Translations under genes and position numbers: made by a program
In this document: positions 1 through 10,121 of the stretch, piece by piece
Layout: each line of letters starts with the position of its first letter
Numbering within the stretch: the first letter of the stretch is position 1
Notes under the pieces: generated by a model
Database searches by the model: none
What the model saw: the letters and a program-made list of their open reading frames with translations, nothing else
Told to the model about the DNA's origin: nothing
NCBI GenBank assembly: GCA_011109175.1
Contig: RDEW01000006.1
Span: forward strand, 905,232-969,231
Length of the DNA: 64,000 nt
Source: Dicyema japonicum
Lineage: Eukaryota; Animalia; Dicyemida
Reading direction: 5' to 3'

Positions 1-2010
1 GTGCGATCCCAATCCGAATACAGTCATCGTCCAAAAAGGTCCCCAGGGAGGAACACGGGAGTGCATCCAGCCACGCTCCGCTCTCATGGTTGGCGGCGGA
101 CACAAGGCATGCAAGACGATGCTGGTTGGTTTCAGACTTTATCACGTCGAAGATATTCTTGGAGTAGATCTCATCCCAGTCACGTTGCCTCAAAGGATCG
201 TTCGGCGTATCCAAACCAGTTTCACACCATTCGCGACGAGCTTCGTCGAACACTTTTTCCCAAGAAAGTTCGGTTGGAAGACGTAGGATATCTTGGATCA
301 AAAGGCTTCCACTAGAGAGCGATGACACATATGCTGGAAAGGCGATCTCCAGCGCCGACCTGAGATCCGTTCCTCCGAGGCGTGTAGGAAGCTTGCATTG
401 GTTCCAACTCGGCACATCAAAGTGGATGTTTAGAAACAATTCAGCTGATTTTCTCAATGTCCTATCCAGTGACAGGAGGATGTCACGATGTTTGAAGCAA
501 GGAGAACAACGGAGAGCATATAGGAGTTTGGGCAAGCCGATGTTATTCATCAAAAGGAAGAACGCTGTATGGACATCGAGTAAGGAGAGTTTCTCCGTAG
601 CTCTAGAGAGTCATTCTTTTGTTAATAGATGGCTCCGCAGTTCTTTTTCGTCAAGTGAGCACCCAAGAAAAAATATCCGCTCCTTAAGTAAGACAGTAAT
701 TCCAGGTAATACAGAGTTGAAAGACTCGACCACGTTAATAAAATCACTCTCAGAGTATGTGATGTTTATTATCTCCGATTTTTTTATATTTATCTCAAGT
801 TTGAGGTTTCGTAATGCCGACACAGCCTGTGACAGAACGTCATGAACTTTACTCCACGGCCCTTCAATCGTAGCGTCATTAAGATACCAGAGGTTTAGTT
901 CTGAGTTGATAGAGCGGACAATTTTATCGATGGCCAGAGCGAAGAAAAGTGGACCAAGTGGGTCCCCTTGTTGGACTCCAGTCTCCGAACAAATAATCTT
1001 GTCCCCGAAAACCAGTGAAGAGTTGGTTCCGTATGCGAGGTAGATGAGTGGAATAAGTTCCGGGGCTCGTTTGCTTGTAGTTTCGAAAATTTGATCCCTC
1101 CTAGGTGAATTGAAGGCATTGCAGATGTCCAACTTGACCCCAATGTGTGGGTTTTGTTCGTCTTTCTGTCCAAAAAACACCTCGCATCCGTTCCTTACAC
1201 CAACCCCCAGTTGGAAAGGGGATAATTCTTCAGATATTCTCGGACAGACAATACTGCATGCGATTTTCGCTGTCAGTCCTCTGAAATAGTTGCCGACTGC
1301 AATGGGGCGACCCCACCTTCGGGTTTTTTGAAGGCCAGTAGATGATGTGCACTGAAAAGAAGCTCCCTTGCGTGAGGAGGAATATCTCCGTTCAAAATAC
1401 GCATAACCAGTTTTGTAATTGATTTGACATGGTTGCAGCTAGCTTCTTCGGTAGCCCCGCCGTAAGATCCTTGATGTGACCTGGCGCAAGCTATCGATTC
1501 TCCACTGCTACTCGCCGCAAACGACGAAATGCCGCACTTCGCCTTCGGTGACGGTCGTCCTTGACAAATTTCCCGGAAGCACGAATGGACGGTAATTTCC
1601 AGAGGGACATGGATGTTTTCATCTGAGTAGTTCAAGCACCTCAGGCGTCGCATCCATGACAGAATCGTCGTTGGCAACGACGCTCAACGCCGCTCGGACG
1701 TCGCCTTCAAATAGTTTACGATTTACTCTCTCCAAGTTTGTCCGGAGGATTGAAATCAGGATGTTTTGGTTTCATGACTTGACTTGTAGCTGCGGGGATC
1801 CGGACGGGTCTTGGGATCGGGATCTTCCTGGCTTTCCTTAGATCCGACAAGAAGAGCAAGAGGTTGTCCATATCGTTGAGGTCTAGAAGTTCATTCGGTT
1901 AGACGTGCTCGTTTGGAATGATCCTCTGGGTTTTTCGATCTGCAGTTCCACAGGCAGAGCGAGCATGCAGCCCCCTGAGACATCTTTATGCATCCTTGGT
2001 GGAAAAAGTC
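1..2010 (-). mobile_element. CRE-like (RLE-type) non-LTR retrotransposon, frameshifted, 3' end outside window
   Basis: ORF 611-1180 has RT motifs GVQQGDPLGPLFFALAI and LWYLNDATI; upstream KPEGGV.PIAVGNYFR.LTAK; N-terminal Cys/His cluster near 1950-2010. Confidence 0.85.
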
Positions 2011-2027
2011 ACCAGAAAAGTCCATAT

Positions 2028-2354
2028 AATAATAATAACAGCCTTTTCACGGAGCTGTAGTATTAGCTCCGCATAGGCAGGACACACACTTTATTTAAGT
2101 AAAGAACAGTTAATTTTAACTAATCGTAGAACCAAGGAATGATCTTCACTTCTATTTTCTTTTCTTGTGTGTAGGTCCTTTCTAGACAATCCAGTTCCGC
2201 AGTGAGAGTTCACTGATGACGACTCACGGAGTCACTCGTCAAACTTTTTTAGCATCGTAGATGCGTGGAACCTTCCATCAGGTAAACAGCAGCGAGATTC
2301 GAACCCGTAACCTAAGTCACTTTAGCCCGACACCTAACCACTATGCCACCCGGC
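2028..2354 (-). mobile_element. tRNA-derived SINE (family 1), full length
   Basis: Minus-strand head GCCGGGTGGCATAGTGGTTAGG...GGGTTCGAATC (A/B boxes), 3' stem-loop CGGAGCT/AGCTCCG, (TTA)n tail, 14-bp TSD agaaaagtccatat at 2014-2027 and 2355-2368. Confidence 0.85.
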
Positions 2355-2399
2355 AGAAAAGTCCATATTTGCGTGAATTAGCATATTTGGGAATTTAAA

Positions 2400-3330
2400 A
2401 AAAATTTATTTAAAAAACCATTAAAGTAAAATATTATTTTTATCAAAATAATCAGTTTATAAGCCCTGGACGGAATCAGTTTATAATAAAGCACGCCTTC
2501 TTTATAATGTTTGGAAATTTCTTTAAGTGATCTCAAATCCTTCTAGGTCAGGTTGTTTGTCAGTTATCATTTCCCCATGTAATTTATGCATTCGAAAACC
2601 ATATCTTTTTTGAATCTTGTAAGAAATCCTTTAGAATTTTTGAAATCACTAATTGATAACTTTTTAGCAATATTTTGTGGTTTTTTGATATTAGTGAATC
2701 ATTTAAAAAGCACATAACATAAACAAATTAAAAATACCCTTAGAATTCATCAAATCCATCCATTCAAATATCATGGTATCAAGTTCAGAAAATTTTAACG
2801 ATTTTCATGTCTTTGTTGAAGGAATATAATTTTTACATGTTTTTAATATGGACTCTAGGAGTGAAGAATATTATTCACGGTTTTTCGTGAAATTCGAATA
2901 TTAAATAAATCAGAAAATCTATGAGCGATTTTTTGGCACGATGTAGTATTATGTCACATGGGCCAAGCGTTACCTATGGGCAGCCTGTTACATTAACCTT
3001 GAACTAAGATTAACTTCAATTAATTTTATGAATGATTTATTAACCACAAAAAATTAAATTTAAGTAACTTTTTTTGTCTACTCATTAATACAGTCAATAT
3101 TTCTCCTTTCGAATTTTTTATCTATCAAATTAAACTATTTAAAACTACCTCCACGCGATTATTCGATAAAATATTAATTATTTCTGCAACTGGATAATGT
3201 TGAGACTCAAACTTAGGCTGCCCATGCGTTACGCGCCGCCCATGTGACATATTATTCTCGTCTTTATATCTCAAAATTTCGAGTTTTTGGGAACAATTAA
3301 GCCTTGTATAATTCGAACACATGGTAAAAA
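2400..3330 (-). mobile_element. pogo/Tigger (CENP-B-type HTH) transposase remnant
   Basis: RLNCSQKLEILRYKDE (psq-like HTH) and FKNSKGFLTRFKKRYG..KLHGE with stops and frameshifts. Confidence 0.6.
2952..3249. mobile_element. 298-bp TGT...ACA MITE-like insertion with ~36-bp imperfect TIRs
   Basis: TIR tgtcacatggg...atgggcagcct at both ends; 5-bp direct repeat tatta at 2947-2951 and 3250-3254; empty site in the duplicate at ~11026-11040. Confidence 0.8.
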
Positions 3331-3354
3331 TTTAGTTTGAAATTTTTATTTTTT

Positions 3355-3672
3355 AATTTATTTATTAACCCCGGATACACCGAGAAAGAAGTTAAAGTAA
3401 ACAACTAATTAAGTGTATCCAGTTTCCACTTCTACAGAAACAGAGTCCATCCGGAATCAACATAAAGGGTAAGACGTCCATTACATGCAGTTGTGGAAAC
3501 CCCTCCAGTGGATTGGGGAAGAGCAAATGATCCTTTTTATGCCGGCCTGGCACTGGGCGTCACCTAGACAAGTGGATCACATGACGCCACTCTATTAGGA
3601 AGAGAGGAGAAACAGACAAGCAAGCAGAAAAATTAAACCAATTAACCACGCAGCACCACATGGAGCCACGCC
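3355..3672 (-). mobile_element. SINE-like dispersed repeat (family 2)
   Basis: ~310-bp unit recurring at ~11150-11465, 16410-16725, 24840-25110, 25160-25280, 25430-25730, 27150-27270 and 56955-57210; tail GGGGTTAATAAATAAAT. Confidence 0.75.
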
Positions 3673-3859
3673 AATTTTTTAATAAAATAATTAAAATAAT
3701 TGAAAAAGATTAGTAAAAATAAATTTTATTTTTTTAAATAATGTGTGCCCAATTTTTAAGAATTGGCCAATTTCTTAGGAAAATTGGCTTTTTTGAAACC
3801 CTGAGGTGAACTTTTAGCCATAAATTGGCCAATTTAAGGGTTGACCAATTAGAGGGATT

Positions 3860-4830
3860 TCACTGTATATCCTTTCATCCTTCTGAAGTATCCTCCACAG
3901 TCTTCAGGAGTAATCAAAAATATGAGATAAGATGTTTTAGCTGTAAATCATCAATAGCAGCCCCTCTTATCACAGAATTCTTCCATTTTGAGAAACATTC
4001 TCAATTGAATTAAGGAATTGTGAGGAAGATATAGTATTTTGAGGTTGTCGGATTGGATTACTTCGTTGAGTCCATTTTAATAATGAATCCTAGCATTGTC
4101 CACGACGAAGTAGGGATCCACAATTTTTTTTAGTTTCACAGACACCCTTATGTTGAATAAGAAATTTTTAAAGATTTCCCCATTAACAACACCACCAACA
4201 GAATACTACGTCATTGCGGCCATTACTGAAATATTACTACGTACTATTGGCACAATAATACGCGCAGGAATACCTCTTTCAGATCTCCCAAAGCGGACAC
4301 GGTGGGAGACATTGCAACCTACTTTGTCTATAAAGACTATTTGGCTATCCCCAACTTCAAATAAAATGTCTTGGAAATTTTCCCATATTCCAATCATGTC
4401 TCAATGGTGCTTTCACGGTTTCTTCTATAAGGAACAGTGTTGAGAGTTTTCATTGTGTATTGAAATTCCTTTAAACAGCTGTTGATGGTGCTTGTACTAA
4501 CAGATATCTCCTCGCACAGTTTTATTTTCAACGCCCCCAAGGTCGTTGTTGCATCTTCATCAACCCACTGCGGTATTAAATTTTTTTGATCAGCAGTCAA
4601 GATTGTTCTATGATTTCCGCTACGCGTGCAACATTTAATCTTTCCATCTTCAGATATGAAGAAACAATTGTACATACAGTTTTACGAGGAAGACCCATAA
4701 CTCGGGAGATCTCATTATTGCCAAGATTATTCTTAAAGTGGTTAATAACGAGCTCTCTGACTTCATTTGAGATTTACGCCTTTCCTGACAATTGTTTCTT
4801 TCATTTTCCAAGTTGTGTGGTTAGCAACGG
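3860..4830 (-). mobile_element. IS630/Tc1-mariner-like transposase remnant
   Basis: HTH region QWVDEDATTTLGALKIKL, catalytic-like IVFIDKVGCN and YFVVDNARIH motifs, broken into several frames. Confidence 0.7.
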
Positions 4831-6189
4831 TCATCAACCATTACTGCTCCAGTGAAACAAGGCGGTTAGCAACGGTCTTTGTTCAAATCGATGTCACCTT
4901 ACGGAGATTAGCGTATCCTTGGAACCACCGTCCTACTTTGGTGTGTATCTTCAATTACTTCAGTAGGAAGACCACCAGAATTTGTTTTTGTATTTGTAAA
5001 GACAGTGAATTATTACAAATATTAAACAAAAATATTAATTTTAAGCGGAAAAAAGAGTTAGATGTCGAAAAAGAAGAGTAGGGTATCATGAGTTGAAGAC
5101 TCCAAATTAATTGCTACGAGGATTTATGTTCACGACTCGTGATATTTCGGATCAATAAATTCATTTGACCCAATATTAGCAGTGGATGTCTTTGAAACTC
5201 ATTTGTGAACGGGGGAACATTATAATGGAATGTTTCTGGTCTTGTAAAATAGTGCTGAAAGGTTTCTTCACCATATATGATGGGAAGGCACAATGAGGTC
5301 GAGAAATCTCTACATTTTCATCTCTGCAGAAGGTTTTGCTTCAAGAATTCCCGAAATAAAATGACTTTCAAGCACAGTCTGTTACCAATCTTGTAAATGC
5401 TTCCAAACTTGTAGTAAAGTTTGTTGTCCATCAGAGTACTGATTGCACATTGTCATTACTTAATTGCCCATTCTCTATAAATAATCAATTCTGTGTTGTG
5501 ATAATCGGGAAATATAATTAGTCTTGCCTTTTTTGCATATTCATTTAAGTATACAAATCACTCCAACAAAAGTACTGTTAAGAACGTTTGGGGAGTCATT
5601 AGTGAGACAAGAAAGGTAGTAAAATGAATTTTTCAGGTAAAATATATTATCTTTCAATAAGTTCCTTTCGTTTTTGAATACAAATCCGCGTGCTTTGATG
5701 AATTGTTTTTCTAGAATCTTCAATTTTGGAAAACCAATTCGATTGTACTCAAACACGAAAGAAATTATTAGAAATTTATCGCTAAATCATATTTATAGTG
5801 AGAAAGTCGTAATTTATCGATATTCTTATTTCTAAAAATATATTTTTGATTATCATTAGTACCAATCTAAATATAGTAACCACCATCCTATATGTAGGGC
5901 TTTATGACTGACTTCCGTGAAGACAAAGAACGACACTTCCGACTATCTTGATTGAAGACTTATCGGTGGTTGGTATGAGATTAACTTCGGCGGACGACCT
6001 GGACAACCTAGATGAGCGCGCAAAAGAAGATCATGGTCAAGGCTGTCGGAGAAGATGATTCGGAATACACACAAGGGAGACTTATTAACTTTAAGTTTTC
6101 TCGGAACTCGGTTGGTATGGTATCATATACTGCGGCTTATAGTCCTCACAATAACTTAGCTGATGGCTCTGCCTTGGATTCCTTCCGGC

Positions 6190-6380
6190 GATTCTTGGCA
6201 GGAGAGGCCGTGAAGACCTGTAGCGTCGACCATCCTTCTGCGTCTACAGCGGTGAGCAGCCCAACCATCCACTTCGAGGTGGACACATACCGCTTATTCT
6301 CGCAAATTCGTCATCCAATAGCGCCCCAAGAAGTGCATGGGAGAGCTCTGAGCACTATTTTCGTTCGTCGATGCAGAAAC
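6190..6380 (-). mobile_element. CRE-like fragment (zinc-knuckle region) lying within a probable + strand endonuclease remnant
   Basis: LGALLDDEFARI..HRCRRRRMVDATGLHGLSCQES across a frameshift. Confidence 0.5.
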
Positions 6381-6479
6381 AAAACCGGTCAAGTTTTGGT
6401 TTTCTCATCAATAGTTTTTGAACATTACAGTTTACCTCAGACTCGTTGTTTTCAGCGTTCTTAGGGAAAATCATACTTA

Positions 6480-8100
6480 GACGCGTTTAAATTTCTGAGC
6501 ACCGTATGCTAATGGTTCAGTCGTTTATGTGGGGAAAGATCTGGCGTATGAGAGCGAAAGAACCGTTGATCAAAGACAGAAAAGCCGGAGAGTGAGTTCC
6601 AATGGTGAGTGGATCCCCATCTTTCCAAAGCGAAGCGATAATTTAGATTTGATTTATCCAGTTTCATCAAATGAAATATTAAGTGTTTCGTCTATAGCAA
6701 CCCTTACCCTCACGTCGGTGGTTCTTATGGGGTCGGTGAAAAATGTCCCTTAAAATAGACAAAGAGATGGAAATCCTGAAATAGTGACAATAAGGAGTTT
6801 TTAAGTTAGATTAGAATATTTTTCGATTTCGGTGACTGAGATATTTGGGAGGTAAGTTGAAATCATAGACAGTGCTTGGCTAAGTCATCATATGTGCAAA
6901 CAACGTTAATGACTTCCCATTTGGACGGATTTGGCTCCACTCCAAGTGCTGTGAGGGGAAGATGGCGGATTTGACTTCTGCCATTACAGCTTTTCAGTTT
7001 CCTTCAATCCAGATACTATAAATTTATTGGAATCTGATTGCTAAGGCAATAGAATAGATGCCCAAGGCGAAGAGTAGGGGGCCAAGAAAGAGCTGCCCTG
7101 TTGGGCTCCAGTCATGGATTTGGGAATGTATTGCCAGAACTATTTGAGAGGTTCACTATTTTTATTTTCGGGATCCTGGAGACAGTTATCTCTATGATTC
7201 AATCTCTGCAAATGCTACTGAAAGCATTGCGGATGCCCAGATCAACAGTTATAGTACTCTTAGTCTCTGGTGGAATGGGAATGAAATTTCGGATTCATTT
7301 AATTGCCCCTTCACATCCACGAGGAATCTGGACTTTATATTTTCTATGCTGCTCTAGCAGCAATCTTTGATGTCAGCCGTCTGATTACACTTTTTATATC
7401 GATTGATCTTAATCCACCACAAGACTTTCAGAAGACTGATGATGCAAACATGAGTTTGGGGAATAATCTGAAATCTCTAAAATTCGGTCAGTAAAAGCCT
7501 TCATTGAATTGATTAGGGTGTTCCCTACATCGACAGTAATAACAGAAGTAAGTTCCTTAATATCCCTGTGATGTATGCCGTCTAAACCAGAACTGATGCT
7601 TTCAGGGCAAGTTTTTGTCTCGTTTAGATATACCAAGTGTTTTGTACGATCTGTTCAACTATCTCTCTTTTTGTGAAAAAACTTGTCGTTCCTGGAGAGT
7701 GTCCCTTTAATGTCTCCGACCATGATCTTATTGTTCACTTCTGCACGTATATCTAGCTCGTTTTTCTTGTCCCTAGATAATGAGAGTGAATAATCGGTGA
7801 TCGAAAAACTTTAAAATGTAGTCTCCAGGTTGACAATTTCGTATTTAAATGCAATTCCCTTGATTTGAGGTTCTCTTGATTCAATTAGGTTGGATGTGAA
7901 CAGAGGACATGAGATGCAAAACAGAGAAGGTGGATCTAGGTATCTTGAGTATCGTTTTCGATTCCATGGTGATTACTTTGAAAACAAGAAGGATCCTAAG
8001 CGGATTATTCTCACGGACACAAGTTGATTCAAGTGTCGTAGACATTCATCACTGTCAGATAGGTCCATGACAGATCCGGAAGATGACTCCTCCCCATGGT
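6480..8100 (-). mobile_element. Degenerate CRE-like retrotransposon, second subfamily
   Basis: SSGLDGIHHRDIKEL and a degenerate QQG..LGP.LFALG motif; many stops; partly duplicated at 12168-13350. Confidence 0.6.
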
Positions 8101-8684
8101 TGTAATTCCCAAGGCATAAAGGTCACGACCAATTTGGTAGAGATTGTGCAGTCTTACGCGTTAGCTTGCAGCAGTCAAGGTATCCGAAATTTAAACAACA
8201 GAAGCATTAATACAGACTTTCTTGTTGCTCTCCACCATTTAATATATCTGTAAAGACTACTCAATAAGCCAACATTAAGAAAATAGCTCCAGGTAGGAGC
8301 TGGTCGCGATCACTTACTACAAAATTAAGCGTTTATTCGATTTTAAATTCGATTTACTATTTTTGATATATTTCATCTTACACGTGCAGCTTTAGACAGA
8401 TGATTCTCCCCTATTCTTTCAATTTTCCCACGACGGAATTTGAAACTTTGATCATCCGAAACTTTCTTCGTTTGTTCAGCGGTTTTCTGATGTTTTTGAG
8501 TCTACCGTCCATGTACCGCCAGAACTCAATGTGAAGGAAAACTGGTATATCACATGTAGCGGCAATAAAAATATAATTTATTCTCTGATAACTAATCAAG
8601 ATGTATTATGAAAATACAAAAAATATCTTCCGTTGATAGAGAGATCGGGTATACGGCTTTACAAGACTACATGAATAGAATTTA

Positions 8685-9130
8685 TTTAACCCAAGACACC
8701 AGGAAAGATAGGTCAAAACTAACTATTGGGTGATCCCAGCTTCCAGCAACATCCGGACTTTCTTCAATTGGTCTTCTGATGATCCAACCGCACTAACGAA
8801 AGCGTCTTCTCTTGCTTCTACAAAGCAATTCGATAGGCGTGCACTTTTTTATTACCGACCGAAATTCCTCTGCATGGGCCACCTTTTCCCTTGAATGGGT
8901 TTCCTAGTTCCTTGCAGAAACGTATGAAACCCTGGCCATTTTTCAACGTTGCCTCATCAGAAACGAGGTCACCAATGGGGATGTCCGTGCGGTGCATAAC
9001 TCTCCGCCTGAGGGAGTTCAAACGGTCCACTCTCGAAAGGGGAATTGTAAACCTCCAGGCGGAGCAGGCATATTCAATGGTCGGTATGATTACTTGTTGA
9101 TGGACCTTGCTGATGCAGTCGGCCGGGGGA
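8685..9130 (-). mobile_element. Jockey/I-like LINE 3' fragment
   Basis: Post-RT motif QQVIIPTIEYACSAW; 3' end GGGATCAC...GGTGTCTTGGGTTAAATAAAT; duplicated at ~13940-14385. Confidence 0.6.
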
Positions 9131-9380
9131 AAGGGCTCTTCTTTATTATCGCATTCAGAATGTTTCATTTCCGAGACATGAACAGAATGGACAATCGGTT
9201 TCGTCACTGTACCCTACTGTCTTGCTGACGTTCACAAAATGATCGTATTTCGTCTCGACCGCCTTCGATTTCCCTGCCATACAAAAATTGGACCCTCGTG
9301 AACACTGCTAGTTATTGAGCGAATCTCGCTCGAAAATAGCCACGCAGTCGAGGCAGCCGCTATATAACCGTTATTTATTT
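9130..9380 (+). mobile_element. Probable RTE-like 3' end remnant
   Basis: Degenerate C-terminal motif (SRPPSISLP) and TTA-rich tail; related 40-bp piece at ~37800-37840. Confidence 0.35.
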
Positions 9381-9399
9381 ATTTTTTAAATCACAAGAG

Positions 9400-10121
9400 A
9401 ATTTATTTTTAAAATTATAAATAACTAGGACGATAGAATGGCGAAGGCGTTAACTCTGATAATCGCTATTTCGAGCCTCTGCCAATGTGTGGGTTTTTGT
9501 TCGTATTTTTTTGTCCAAAAAACACCTCGCATCCGTTCCTTACCCCAACCCCCAGTTGGAAAGGGGATAATTCTTCAGAAATTCTCGGACAGACAATACT
9601 GCATGCGATTTTAGCTGTTAGTCTTCTGAAGTAATTCCCGGCTGCGATAGGGCAGACACCACCTTCGGGTTTTTTGAAGGCCAGTAGATGTGCGCTGAAA
9701 AGAAGCTCCCTTGCCTGAGGAGGAATGTCTCCGTTCAGAATACAGATGACGAGTCTTGTGATTGACTTGACATGGTTGCGGCTAGCCTCTGCAGTGCCCC
9801 CAGCCGTGAGATCTTTGATGTGACGTGAGAGCATCGTCAATTGCAGAGGCCAGGCATGTAGCTGCGGAGATCCGGACGGGTCTTGGGATCTTCCTGGCTT
9901 TCCTAAGATCCGACAAGAAGAGCAAGAGGTTGTCCATATCATTGAGGTCTAGAAGCTCATTCGGTTCTACGTGCTCGTTTGGAATGATCCTCTGGGTTTT
10001 CCGACCAGTGCCCATGCAGACACTGCAGTTCCACAGGCAGAGCGAGCATGCAGCCCGCTGAGACATCTTTATGCATCCTTGGTGGAAAAAGTCACCGCCA
10101 GACGAGCAGAGAAGTCCATAT
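9400..10121 (-). mobile_element. Internally deleted hybrid CRE-like element
   Basis: C-terminal LEIAIIRVNAFAILSS* joined at 9482 to the pre-RT region KPEGGVCPIAAGNYFRRL. Confidence 0.75.

Noticed and set aside
393-845. + strand ORFs over the CRE and other retroelements (also 59937-60531, 62952-63697)
   Set aside because: Antisense shadows of RT-coding frames
2205-2250. Hammerhead ribozyme suggested by CTGATGA followed by a hairpin in SINE family 1
   Set aside because: No GAAA after stem II in any copy, no stems I/III, and the motif is on the antisense strand of the SINE
2290-2354. Functional tRNA gene
   Set aside because: A and B boxes are present but there is no proper acceptor stem or cloverleaf; it is the head of a TSD-flanked SINE
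5040-5760. Possible transposase or viral gene remnant
   Set aside because: Protein-like fragments with many stops and no motif I can assign with confidence
6012-6464. 150-aa + strand ORF as a host gene
   Set aside because: Chimera of an endonuclease remnant and the antisense strand of a CRE fragment
9130-9380. Spliced-leader or snRNA gene targeted by the adjacent CRE (Sm-like AATTTTTGT on the minus strand)
   Set aside because: No SL donor or snRNA hallmark; better explained as an RTE-like 3' end on the + strand; an HDV-like fold was tested and P2 does not pair
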